Of a DNA stretch of 64,000 nucleotides, positions 49,022 through 58,712 are shown piece after piece. The stretch comes from Bacillota bacterium. Lineage in GTDB: Bacteria; Bacillota; Sulfobacillia; JAJZYS01; JAJZLH01. Position numbers and translations under genes: made by a program. Position 1 is the first letter of the stretch; every line of letters starts with the position of its first letter. Location of the stretch: positions 33,563 through 97,562 of the forward strand of contig JAKAUI010000045.1 of assembly GCA_021827745.1 (NCBI GenBank), given 5' to 3'. The notes under the pieces were generated by a model. The model ran no database searches, had not been told where the DNA came from, and was given only the letters and a program-made list of their open reading frames with translations.

Positions 49022-49474
49022 TCATCGGCCGAGCAGGGCCTGGAGGACGTTGGTGGTGGCTCCCGAGGGGAACACCACATAGAGCAGCAAGAACACCATC
49101 AGGCCGGAGCCGGCGGCAATCAGCCACAGGGTGGCCGTCCAGGGGGCGACCCGGCGGTGGCGCCCGAAGCGGGCCCTAAGGGCAAGGCGCAGGGTGATGA
49201 TCCCGAGCACGCCGGCCACCGTGGCCAAGGTGGCGTGCGTCTGCAAGAACACCTGGTAGGGGATGCTCCAGCTGACCGGGCCGCCGAAGGTGGTGTCCCC
49301 GATCAAAAGCGTCTTCACCACATAGGTGATGAAGAAGAGCGCACCCAACCAGGCGGCCGAGACCATCAGGCGGCGATGTCTTCCGATCTTGTGCTGCCGA
49401 ATCGCCCGCCAGCCGAAGGCCAGGCAGACCGCCGACGAGATCATCAGCGCCTCGTTCAGATAGGCCAGCCACAT
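49022..49474 (-). CDS. DUF420-family membrane protein (cytochrome oxidase-associated)
   Basis: About 150 aa from the internal Met with the DUF420 signature (LNEALMISSAVCLAFGWRAIRQHKIGRHRRLM). It sits between ctaG and ctaA. Confidence 0.65.
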   Translation of the reverse strand: MWLAYLNEALMISSAVCLAFGWRAIRQHKIGRHRRLMVSAAWLGALFFITYVVKTLLIGDTTFGGPVSWSIPYQVFLQTHATLATVAGVLGIITLRLALRARFGRHRRVAPWTATLWLIAAGSGLMVFLLLYVVFPSGATTNVLQALLGR

Positions 49475-49475
49475 C

Positions 49476-50351
49476 TCAGTGCGCCCCCCTGTTCCACGAT
49501 CCGTGGGTCTGGGGCTTGGCGCGCCCCTCGGGACGGGGCAAGAGGCCAAACTCCTCTTTCATCCGCTCGCCTCTGGCCCAGCGCCAAAATGCCCACAACG
49601 TGGCGGTACCGTACGCCAGGAGCGTCATGTAGTGCATGACCAGCCCGCCCACCTGCTGGTCTTCGAGCGGGCTGAGCCCAGGGATGAGGCGGGGCGCCTG
49701 CTCGTAGAACGTATAGAGCGGCGTCGGTGCGAAGGTGATGGTGGCAAAGGCCACCATCATCAGGAGTCCGTCCACAAACAGGTAGAGGATCTTGATCGGG
49801 TCGGCGAGGGCCGGCAGCTCTGGCAGCGGGCTGAACACGGGCCACCACATGAACAGGGCCGTGACCAGGATGGTGGCATGCTCGAAGAAGTGAACGGTCG
49901 GGTTGCGCAAGGAGAGCTCGTAGAAACCCGGGAAGTGCATGTAGGAGAAGAGCACGTTGAAGACCACCACGGCGATCACCGGCCGGGTCAGAAAGGAAAG
50001 GAGCCGACCCAAGACCGGTGCCTGGTAGATCGGCCGCCAGAACCAAGCCGGGCTGCCGATCAGCAAAAGGGGCGCCACCACGACCGCCAGCATCATGTGC
50101 TGCAGCATGTGGGCGCTGAACAGGTAGTGGTCCGAGATGACGTCGAGCGGCGACCCCACCGCCAGGTAGAGCAAAAAGAGCGCCAGGTAGAAGGCGACCT
50201 GCTGACCGGTCGGAACCGGGAGCTCCTTGCCCAGCTTGCGGCGCAGCGGACCGACCGCCCAGGCGTAGAGGGCGCCGATCACAACGACCCCGATCATGAT
50301 GTCTGGATTCCACAGAGCCGAAAATCCCCATCTGGCGAGCATCGCCGGCAC
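49476..50351 (-). CDS. ctaG: Cytochrome c oxidase assembly factor CtaG (Caa3_CtaG family)
   Basis: 291 aa polytopic membrane protein with Bacillus CtaG-like sequence, directly downstream of ctaF. Confidence 0.75.
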   Translation of the reverse strand: MPAMLARWGFSALWNPDIMIGVVVIGALYAWAVGPLRRKLGKELPVPTGQQVAFYLALFLLYLAVGSPLDVISDHYLFSAHMLQHMMLAVVVAPLLLIGSPAWFWRPIYQAPVLGRLLSFLTRPVIAVVVFNVLFSYMHFPGFYELSLRNPTVHFFEHATILVTALFMWWPVFSPLPELPALADPIKILYLFVDGLLMMVAFATITFAPTPLYTFYEQAPRLIPGLSPLEDQQVGGLVMHYMTLLAYGTATLWAFWRWARGERMKEEFGLLPRPEGRAKPQTHGSWNRGAH

Positions 50352-50400
50352 AGCTCACGCCTCCTCTCGGATGGCTGCGCTGTCCGCTCGTTCGCTCACC

Positions 50401-50706
50401 TCAGAATCGGAGCAGCACGAACAACGCCATCGAGATCAGGACCGCAACACCGAGTCCCATGCCAAAGAACATGCCGTAGGCACGTCGGCCGACGTTCAAG
50501 TGCATGAAGAGGTACACCTGAAGCACCACCTGAATGGCGGCGAAGACGAGCAAGATGGCGGCGATGAACACGGCCGGGAGCGCCCCGGTGATGACCAGGG
50601 CGAAGGCGATCACGGTCAGGACGACCATCGCCGCCATCACCTGCCAGTACCGGCGGCGATGCTGGCGTTCTGCGGACTCTGTTGTGGCTGTCACCTGCTC
50701 GCTCAT
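50401..50706 (-). CDS. ctaF: Cytochrome c oxidase subunit IV (CtaF)
   Basis: 101 aa with two TMS (MSEQVTATTE...), following ctaE. The track ORF is over-extended out of frame into ctaE. Confidence 0.65.
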   Translation of the reverse strand: MSEQVTATTESAERQHRRRYWQVMAAMVVLTVIAFALVITGALPAVFIAAILLVFAAIQVVLQVYLFMHLNVGRRAYGMFFGMGLGVAVLISMALFVLLRF

Positions 50707-50711
50707 CCTCT

Positions 50712-51329
50712 TCAGTGCACCTTTTGCATCAGGTAGACCACCGTGAAGATGATCACCCAGACCACGTCCACGAAGTGCCAGTAGAGACCGGCGATCCACA
50801 CCTTGGACGTGTTGGCCGGCGTGATCCCGTCTTTGAAGGAATAGACGAGCAAAGAGATGATCCAGAACAGCCCGAAGGCCACGTGCAGACCATGGAAGCC
50901 GACCAGGGCGTAGAAGGCGGAGGCGGAGGCGCTGGCCCCCATCGTGAAGCCAGACGCCATGTAGTGGGTGAACTCGAAGATCTGTAGGTCGAGGAAGATG
51001 GCGCCGAGCAGCGCCGTCACCCACAGCCAGATCTTCATCGCCTGCAGCTCGCCCTTGTTCATGGCCAAGAAGGCAAAGACCATGGTCAGGCTGCTCGAAA
51101 GCAAGGACAAGGTCATCACGCCGGTGAGCGGCAGGTCGATCAAAGACGCCAGGGTCACGGCTCCGGCGGTGTGGGTGTCGAGCGACAGGTAGGTGCCGAT
51201 CAGGGCGGCGAAGAAGGCGCACTCTCCAGACAGGAAAATCCAAAAACCGAGCACCCGGTTGTCCTGCGCCTTGGCCTGTTCCGGGGTCTGCCCCGGCTGG
51301 GCGGGCACAAGCTCATGGCTCCCGATCAT
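50712..51329 (-). CDS. ctaE: Cytochrome c oxidase subunit III
   Basis: 205 aa with COX3 conserved helices (FWIFLSGECAFFAALIGTY..., GLYWHFVDVVWVIIF). Confidence 0.9.
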   Translation of the reverse strand: MIGSHELVPAQPGQTPEQAKAQDNRVLGFWIFLSGECAFFAALIGTYLSLDTHTAGAVTLASLIDLPLTGVMTLSLLSSSLTMVFAFLAMNKGELQAMKIWLWVTALLGAIFLDLQIFEFTHYMASGFTMGASASASAFYALVGFHGLHVAFGLFWIISLLVYSFKDGITPANTSKVWIAGLYWHFVDVVWVIIFTVVYLMQKVH

Positions 51330-53212
51330 TCGCCCGCACCCCCGACCGGCTGGACAATCTCGCCCGGGTCTTCGTCCACGATCATGCGATGGATAGAGAA
51401 GAAGGCCAAGGCGAGGCCGATTGCCACCAAAAGGAGCAGGCCGAAGATGGCGCCGTATCCGGCGATGGTCAACCCCAGTGCGATCAGGAACGGGAAGATG
51501 GACCCGGTCGGCAGGTGGATGCCATGCGCATGATGGGCGCTCTCCCCGTCTTGCTCAGGCTCGGCCGATCTCAGCTGTCCATCGCCTTCCGTCTTCTCCA
51601 CCCACCAGGCGTCGCGGCCGCGCACGAGCGGCGTCTTGGCAAAGTTGTAGACCGGAGCTGGCGACTCGGTCGCCCACTCCAGGGCGCGCCCATCCCAGGG
51701 GTCAGGCCCCGCCCGCTCTCCGGATTTGAGCGATTTGATCAGGTTGTAGAAGAAGAAGAGGAACGAGATGGCCAGGATGAAGGCTCCAATCGTCGCCACC
51801 AGGTTCCAGAAGGCGACAGCCTGACCCATGGCGGCCGAATAGGTGGCCACCCGCCGGGGCATGCCGAGCAGGCCGAGAAAGTGCATCGGGAAGAACGTGA
51901 CGTTGAAGCCGATCATCATCAGCCAGAAGTGCCACTTGCCGAGCGTCTCATTGAGCAGGCGGCCGGTGATCTTGGGGAACCAGTAGTAGGCCCCGGCCAG
52001 CACGCCCATCAGAGAGCCGCCGATCAGCACGTAATGCAGGTGGGCGACCACGAAGTAGGAGTCGTTGTACTGGAAGTCGGCTGGCGCCATCGCCAGCATC
52101 ACGCCGCTGATCCCTCCGATCACGAACAGCGGGATGAAGCCGGTGGCGAACAGCATGGCGGTCGTGAATTTGATCTTGCCGCCCCACATCGTGAAGATCC
52201 AATTGAAGATCTTCACCCCGGTCGGCACGGCGATGGCCAGCGTGGTGATGGCAAAGAGCGAGTTCACATAGGGCCCGAACCCGTCCACGAACATGTGGTG
52301 CACCCACACCGTGAAGGCCAGGAAGCCGATGGCGATGGTGGCCAGCACCATCGAGTCATAGCCGAAGATCGTCTTCCGCGAGAAGGTGGCGATCACCTCG
52401 GAGATGATGCCAAAGGCCGGCAGAATCAGGATGTAGACCTCTGGATGGCCGAAGATCCAAAACAGGTGCTGCCAAAGCAGGACGTTTCCGCCCTTCAGGA
52501 TGTTGAAGAAGTTGGCGCCCATCAGGCGATCGAACATCAGGAGGAACAGGTTCACGGTGAAGGGCGGGAAGGCGAACAGGATCAGGACCGACGTGACAAA
52601 CGTGGTCCAGGTGAACAGCGGCATCCGCATCAGACTCATACCGGGCGCCCGGTTGTTGATGATCGTGGCGATGAAGTTGACTCCGGTCATCAGCGTCCCG
52701 ATACCGGCCAGTTGCAGGCCGATGTCGTAGAAATCGATGCCCGGGCCCGGGTTGAACGGCGTCAGGCTGATCGGCGCGTAGTTGAACCAGCCGGCGTTGG
52801 GCGCCCCACCCAAGAACCAGCTGGAGTTCAGCAAGATGCCGCCAAGCACGAACAGCCACAGGCTCAGCGCGTTCAGCCGCGGAAAGGCCACATCCCTGGC
52901 CCCGATCTGCAGGGGCACAATGCAGTTGATGAAGCCGATGAAGAGCGGCATCACGGCCAGAAAGATCATGGTGGTGCCGTGCATCGTGAACAGTTGGTCA
53001 TAGAGCGCAGGGGTGACAAAGGTGTTGCCGGGAGAAGACAGCTGGATGCGGATCATCAGCGCCTCGATGCCGCCGACGCCAAAGAAGAAGGTGGCGGCGA
53101 GCAGGTACATGATGCCGATCCGCTTATGGTCGGCAGTCGTCAGCCAGCTCATCAGGTAGCTCTGGCTGCGCTGTCGACCCTTGGTTCCGACGAGCTCAGC
53201 GACCGCTGCCAT
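51326..53212 (-). CDS. ctaD: Cytochrome c oxidase subunit I (heme-copper oxidase, A-type)
   Basis: 628 aa with 12+ TMS, heme a/a3-CuB His ligands and D- and K-channel motifs ([34 protein letters not shown]). Confidence 0.95.
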   Translation of the reverse strand: [628 protein letters not shown]

Positions 53213-53265
53213 CTCGGCTGCCCCCTTTCAGGCTGATCTCAAAGCCCTGCGACGCGCCTCCCATC

Positions 53266-54081
53266 TCAGCTGGGCACCGGCTGGCCGCCCGGCTCAACGG
53301 CTCGAGCCGAGCTCGACGACGCGTTCTTCTTCTGCATCGACTTGACCCAGGCTTGGAACTGGGCCGGAGGCAGGGCGATCACCGTCATGTGCATGTTGTA
53401 GTGGCCGACGCCGCAGAACTGGGCGCACTCTCCGAAGAAGCTGCCAGCCCGGCTCGCCTCCAGCCACATGTAGGTATGGTAGCCGGGGATGGCGTCGGTC
53501 TTGCCGCCCAGCTCCGGAACCCAGAAGGAGTGGATCACGTCGGCCGAGGTCAAGGTTAGGTTCACCTTTTCCCCGACCGGGATGTACAGGTTGTGGATGG
53601 TGCTGATCCCAAGCCCGGGGTAGGAGAACTGCCAGAAGAACTGGTGTCCGGTCACGGACACCTGGAGGCTCGTGGCCGGATTCGGGCGCCGGGTCAGATA
53701 GAACTCGCTCTGCACGGTCAGCACGGTCAGATAGATCACGATCAGAAGCGGCACGACCGTCCACAAGATCTCCAGACGGGTGTCTCCGGTGGAGGTGCTG
53801 GGCTCACGCGGATCGTTGCGGCGGGCTCGGTAGCGGATCACGGCGTATGCCCACAGGCCCATGACCACGACGAAGATCACGAGCATGATGGCGAGCGAGA
53901 TCTCGATCAGGCTCAGCTCGCGGCTCGCCACTGGACCGGCCGGCGACAGCACCGAGGCGCGCGATGTGAAATAGCTGCCACATCCGCTCAAGGTCACGGC
54001 CAAGATTCCCAGTACGGCGGGCCACTTCAAGCGGGACACAAACCGCCCAACAGCTCGCACCCACGAACCTCCCTGAGTCAT
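53266..54081 (-). CDS. ctaC: Cytochrome c oxidase subunit II (CuA, lipoprotein; no cytochrome c domain)
   Basis: 271 aa with a lipobox LSGC, two TMS and the CuA site (H...CAQFCGVGHYNMHM). There is no CxxCH motif anywhere. Confidence 0.9.
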   Translation of the reverse strand: MTQGGSWVRAVGRFVSRLKWPAVLGILAVTLSGCGSYFTSRASVLSPAGPVASRELSLIEISLAIMLVIFVVVMGLWAYAVIRYRARRNDPREPSTSTGDTRLEILWTVVPLLIVIYLTVLTVQSEFYLTRRPNPATSLQVSVTGHQFFWQFSYPGLGISTIHNLYIPVGEKVNLTLTSADVIHSFWVPELGGKTDAIPGYHTYMWLEASRAGSFFGECAQFCGVGHYNMHMTVIALPPAQFQAWVKSMQKKNASSSSARAVEPGGQPVPS

Positions 54082-54193
54082 CTACGGGCCAGACCCCGGT
54101 TTGGGTCGTTGAGAGTGAAGATACCACATTTCATCGGCCGGAACCGGCCGGCTCAGGCCATGCGAAAACTTTCTCAAATCCGCCGATCCTTAT

Positions 54194-55057
54194 CTATCCT
54201 GCACTTGCGGCTGCGGACGCTGCAGGCTCGAGTTCTGTCGTCAGACGGCGCCAGTAGGCATCGTGCAGCTGCGCCGTGATCGGGCCTGGCCCCTTGGCCC
54301 GCCACTCGTCTCGGATCTCTGCGATCGGGAGCAGATGACTGGTCGTACCGGTGACAAAGATTTCGTCGGCCTGAGCCAGATCGGCCTTGGCGTATGGTTC
54401 CAACCGGATCTTCAGGTCGAGCCTCCTGGCCTCTTCAAGGATCACGTGCCGGGTGATCCCGGCCAGCACCAGATGGTTGGCCGGATGCGTCCAAAGTTCG
54501 CCCTCACGCACCACAAACAGGTTGGTGGCGGCGCCTTCTGTGAGCATCCCATCACGCACCAAGATGGCCTCGCGTGCCCCTCGGCGCCTGGCTTCCTCAC
54601 GGGCCAGCACGTTTGGCAACAGGTTGACCGACTTGATGTCGCAGCGCAGCCAGCGCTGGTCTTCCAGCAGGACCGCCGACACGCCTGGGCCGAGGCAGCT
54701 CTCCGGAGCGCTGGCGGGCTTGATGAAGGCGACGGTCGAGGGCTCGATCCGATCCGGGAAGTGGTGTTCGCGCGGGGCCGCCCCCCGACTCACTTCCAGG
54801 TAGATGGAGCCACTGTCGCCGCCCTCGCTCCACAGGCGCTTCGCCACGGCCAGCCACCCGGCTGAGTCCAGGGGCAACGGGATTTCGAGTTCGGCCGCCG
54901 ACCTGGTCAGTCGGGCCATGTGCAGGTCCCAGAAGGCAAAGCGGCCCGCCCGTCCGAAGATCACTTCGTAGACGCCGTCTGCAAACAGAAAGGCCCGATC
55001 GGTCACCGGGATCTGTGCCTTCTCGGGAGGGACGAACCGGCCGTTGACATACACCAC
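54194..55057 (-). CDS. dat: D-amino-acid aminotransferase (fold-type IV PLP enzyme)
   Basis: 287 aa closely resembling Bacillus Dat (RWLRCDIKSVNLLPNVLA, catalytic Lys region). Confidence 0.8.
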   Translation of the reverse strand: MVYVNGRFVPPEKAQIPVTDRAFLFADGVYEVIFGRAGRFAFWDLHMARLTRSAAELEIPLPLDSAGWLAVAKRLWSEGGDSGSIYLEVSRGAAPREHHFPDRIEPSTVAFIKPASAPESCLGPGVSAVLLEDQRWLRCDIKSVNLLPNVLAREEARRRGAREAILVRDGMLTEGAATNLFVVREGELWTHPANHLVLAGITRHVILEEARRLDLKIRLEPYAKADLAQADEIFVTGTTSHLLPIAEIRDEWRAKGPGPITAQLHDAYWRRLTTELEPAASAAASAG

Positions 55058-55811
55058 AGGGTCTCAGTCCTCTCATCTCAAGGTACGTCGGCCACTGCAC
55101 GGCGAGGTCGTCGTCGTGCTCGGTGCAAGCGGGGCGCTCGGTCAGGCTCTGGTGCCGCTGCTGACTGAGCGCGGCGCCACCGTCATCCTGTGCGGGCGGC
55201 AAGAGGCCGCTCTCAGATCGCTGGCCGATGGCCAAGACGCCCATGTGGTGGCGGGGGACCTAGCGACCCTCGCCTGCCGCCGCCGAGTCTATCAGATCGC
55301 AGACCAACTCGGCCGCCTGGACGCCATGGCGGTGCTGACCGGCGAGGCCAGCTTCGGGGCCTTTCTCGCCACCTCGGATCGACGACTTGTGGCCACCGTC
55401 ACGGCCAACCTGGCGATTCCCATGCTGGCCGTCAAATCCCTGCTCCCGCTCATGGTCCGCCGCGGCCGCGGCCGGATCTGCCTCGTGTCGTCGGTGTGGG
55501 CGATCACCCCCGCTGCCGGCGAGGTGGCCTACAGCGCGGCCAAGGCCGGTCTCACCGGATTCGGACTCGGCCTCGCCCGTGAGCTCGGCCCCACTCAGAT
55601 CCGGGTCAACATACTCGCCCCGGCCGCCTTCCCCAGCCGGATGCTCGCCCGCCTCAGCCCAAGGGAGTTGGACGAGCTCGCGGCCCGCCAGGGCGGCAAA
55701 CTCCTTTCGACCAGCCGGGTCGCCCGCCGGGTTCTAGACCTGCTCGACCCAGACCTCACGTTCAGCGGGCGGCTGATCCGGATCGGCCGCATCCGCCAGG
55801 TCGAGGACTAG
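55044..55811 (+). CDS. Short-chain dehydrogenase/reductase (SDR)
   Basis: 255 aa with cofactor motif VVLGASGALG and catalytic YSAAK. Confidence 0.7.
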   Translation: MTYTTGSQSSHLKVRRPLHGEVVVVLGASGALGQALVPLLTERGATVILCGRQEAALRSLADGQDAHVVAGDLATLACRRRVYQIADQLGRLDAMAVLTGEASFGAFLATSDRRLVATVTANLAIPMLAVKSLLPLMVRRGRGRICLVSSVWAITPAAGEVAYSAAKAGLTGFGLGLARELGPTQIRVNILAPAAFPSRMLARLSPRELDELAARQGGKLLSTSRVARRVLDLLDPDLTFSGRLIRIGRIRQVED

Positions 55812-57340
55812 GCCGACTGCGTCTCCCGTCCGGCGACCGTCAGCCGGTTCTTGCCGGCCTCTTTGCTTGCATACAGTGCCATATCGGCGCCCTTGATCAG
55901 GTCCTGGGCCGTCTGGCCGCCCCTGCTCAGCGTGCAGACCCCGACACTGGCGCTGATCGGAATGTCGATCCCCAACTCGACCTCAAAGATGGCCCGCCGC
56001 ACGCGCTCCCCAACCATCGCCGCCTGCTCCACGTCCGTGTCCGGCAACACCAGCATGAACTCGTCTCCGGCATAGCGGATGGCGGCGTCTCCGATCCGGG
56101 TGTGCGACTTCAGAACTTCGGCGATGGCCCGGATCATGCGATCACCCGTGTCATGACCGTAGCGGTCGTTGATCGACTTCAGGGTGTCCGAATCGAGCAT
56201 CAAGAGGGACAGCGGCTGACCGATGCGCTCCGCCCGCTCCACCTCCTGCGGCAGCTTCTCTGCGAGGTAGCGCTGGTTGAACAGCCCGGTCATCGGGTCG
56301 GTCATGCTCAGCCAGCGGGTCTTTTCGTATAGTTCCTTGGTCTCGTCGTAGAGCTGCGAGTTCTGGACGGCGACGGCCGCCTGGTGGGCGACCAGCTCGG
56401 TCAGGCCAAGATCGTGGGCGCCGTAGCGATTTGCTCCTAGGCGGCTGATGCGCAGGATGCCGATCATCTTCTCCTGGACGCGCAGCGGCACAAAGATGGA
56501 AGACACCTCGGTCGGCTCGGTGCCGGGCAACGTCTGGGCGTTCGGGTGCTTTTCCATGTCGCCGACGATCAGAGAGCGTCCTTCCTGCGCAACCGCTCCG
56601 GTCACGCCTTGGCCTATGGCGATCGGATAGGAGGCCAGGGCGCGCGCCTCCTCCGAGACCTCCCCGAGCCGGCTGTCGACAGCCACCGGGTTCAGCATCT
56701 GGGTCTCGTTGTCCAAGAGATAGATGATGGCGTACTCCGACTCGGTCACCTGGCGAAGTCCCCCGACCAGAAGGGACAACACCGAGGTCAGCTGCACATT
56801 GGCGGACAGGTCCCCGGCCTGATTGATCGTCTCCATCACGCTGCGGACGCGTCGCTCGAAGCGGGCGCTCTCCCCGGCCCTGACCAAGATGGCAGCCACT
56901 AGGACCATCAGCGGCAGACGCAGGAGCTCGGCACGGATGAAGACGTCTGACAACCCCAGCACGAGCGGCGTCAGGCTGAGCAGCGCATTGAAGATCGCCG
57001 CCAGATAGGCCCGCTTGGTATCGAGGGTGGCGGCGGCCACGGCCACCGACAGATAGAACAGCGGGAACAGGGGCGAGGCCTGGGCGCCTGATCCCCACAC
57101 GGCGCCTGCGACCAGCAGGGCGGCCACATAGGCGAAGTTGAAGCGGCGGGACGACCCATGCGGCATAACGCGGATGATCAGAGCCATAGCGACAGCCAGG
57201 GCCGCCATGGCGAACTCGAGCGGCCAGTTCACGCTCGGTGCCAGGGAGGGCACGACCAGGATCAGGAGGGACACGACGGCGCTGAGCAGGAAGGAGAGAG
57301 CAATCACCTGCCGCCGGCCACGCGCGGTCACGTCAGACAT
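55808..57340 (-). CDS. Membrane-anchored GAF-GGDEF protein (diguanylate cyclase-like, AGDEF variant)
   Basis: N-terminal polytopic region, a GAF domain, and a C-terminal GGDEF domain carrying the motif RYAGDEF. The start is probably at MSDVTAR, which has a GGAGG RBS. The track ORF starts 12 codons earlier. Confidence 0.8.
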   Translation of the reverse strand: MSDVTARGRRQVIALSFLLSAVVSLLILVVPSLAPSVNWPLEFAMAALAVAMALIIRVMPHGSSRRFNFAYVAALLVAGAVWGSGAQASPLFPLFYLSVAVAAATLDTKRAYLAAIFNALLSLTPLVLGLSDVFIRAELLRLPLMVLVAAILVRAGESARFERRVRSVMETINQAGDLSANVQLTSVLSLLVGGLRQVTESEYAIIYLLDNETQMLNPVAVDSRLGEVSEEARALASYPIAIGQGVTGAVAQEGRSLIVGDMEKHPNAQTLPGTEPTEVSSIFVPLRVQEKMIGILRISRLGANRYGAHDLGLTELVAHQAAVAVQNSQLYDETKELYEKTRWLSMTDPMTGLFNQRYLAEKLPQEVERAERIGQPLSLLMLDSDTLKSINDRYGHDTGDRMIRAIAEVLKSHTRIGDAAIRYAGDEFMLVLPDTDVEQAAMVGERVRRAIFEVELGIDIPISASVGVCTLSRGGQTAQDLIKGADMALYASKEAGKNRLTVAGRETQSA

Positions 57341-57457
57341 TCCTCCTCCCCTCTCCCAAGCGGCCGCACAGCCCACCGCCTGGCGATCTTCCCGCCGTTG
57401 GAGGGGACTTCTCGGCTGCCCATCGGCAGCCCTGCCGTCTGTACCGAATCGCTCCCC

Positions 57458-58708
57458 CTAATTGGTAGTCGATCCCAGTCCGATGTCTGATCGGAAACTG
57501 GCGCCGGAAAAACGGACGGACCGGGCCAACCGATAGGCCTCGGTGCGGGCCAGAGCGGCAGTCGGGCCGATCCCTACTGCCGTCGCCACTCGTCCGCTCC
57601 CGGCCATCAGCTGGTCAGGTCGACCGCTAACGCCGCTCCAGAAGAGTCGACCCGGATGATTCGTCGCCATGGGCAAAATCCCCTGCGCTGCACCGCCGCC
57701 GTCCGGATAGCGATCTGCGACCACCACCACGGCCGCCGTGTGGGTAGAGACGAGCGGCATCTCGTCAAGAGAGGCCAGCCGGCCGCTGGCCGTGGCGAGA
57801 AGCCAATCGTAGAGGTCCGGTGAAAGCAGCCCAACCAGCGCCTGGGTCTCCGGGTCGCCGAAGCGGACGTTGTACTCGAGCACCCGAGGACCGTCTGCAG
57901 TCAGGATCAGACCGGCGTAGAGCACCCCGGAGAAGGGATGTCCCTTCGCCACCAGGTGGCGCGCCACCGGTGCGATCGCCAGATCGGCCAGATCGGCGGC
58001 TGCCCACGGACAGCGCACCGGTGCCATACTGCCCATGCCGCCCGTGTTCGGCCCCAGATCTCCGTCGAATCTGCGCTTGTAGTCGCGCGAAAGGGGCAGG
58101 GCACAGACCGTCTCGCCGCTGACCAGAGCGTGCAGCGAAATCTCGGGGCCAAAGAGCCGCTCCTCCACCACCAGGCGGCCAAAGGTGCGAAGCCATCGCT
58201 GGCCAGCCTGCCGGGCCTCGGCCAGGTCGCCTGCGATCAGCACGCCCTTGCCCTGAGCCAGTCCATCGGCCTTCAGGGCCACAGTTCCGCCGAACCGATC
58301 GATCGCTGCCAGAAGGTCCCGCTCCGTGCACACAGTTGCGAATCGGGCAGTGGGCACGGCGCAGGCGGTCATCACCGACTTGGCATAGGACTTTGAGCCT
58401 TCCAGTTGGGCGGGACCTTGATCTGGCCCCAAGACCGCGTGACCGCTCGCCCGCAGTCGATTGGCCGCTCCCTGGACCAACGGCCCCTCCGGCCCGACCA
58501 CGACCAGCGAGCAGGCGGCCTCGTCTGCGAGCCGACAGACGGCGTCCAAGTCCGCCAGATCCAGCGCCGCCGTCTCGACGCCGGAGTTGGCCATGCCCGG
58601 ATTCCCCGGGGCCACCACCACCCGGCTGACGGCCGCACTCTGCTGGCAGGCCCAGGCCAGGGCGTGTTCTCTGCCGCCGGAGCCAAGGATCAGGACAGTG
58701 GCGCTCAT
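57458..58708 (-). CDS. purD: Phosphoribosylamine--glycine ligase
   Basis: 416 aa ATP-grasp enzyme with the PurD N-terminus (VLILGSGGREHALAW). Confidence 0.9.
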   Translation of the reverse strand: MSATVLILGSGGREHALAWACQQSAAVSRVVVAPGNPGMANSGVETAALDLADLDAVCRLADEAACSLVVVGPEGPLVQGAANRLRASGHAVLGPDQGPAQLEGSKSYAKSVMTACAVPTARFATVCTERDLLAAIDRFGGTVALKADGLAQGKGVLIAGDLAEARQAGQRWLRTFGRLVVEERLFGPEISLHALVSGETVCALPLSRDYKRRFDGDLGPNTGGMGSMAPVRCPWAAADLADLAIAPVARHLVAKGHPFSGVLYAGLILTADGPRVLEYNVRFGDPETQALVGLLSPDLYDWLLATASGRLASLDEMPLVSTHTAAVVVVADRYPDGGGAAQGILPMATNHPGRLFWSGVSGRPDQLMAGSGRVATAVGIGPTAALARTEAYRLARSVRFSGASFRSDIGLGSTTN

Positions 58709-58712
58709 CGGC

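Noticed and set aside
54081-54194. GC palindrome CGGCCGGTTCCGGCCG between dat and ctaC considered as a terminator.
   Set aside because: A 7-bp stem with a 2-nt loop and no downstream U-tract. It may equally be part of the ctaC promoter region. Too weak to call.
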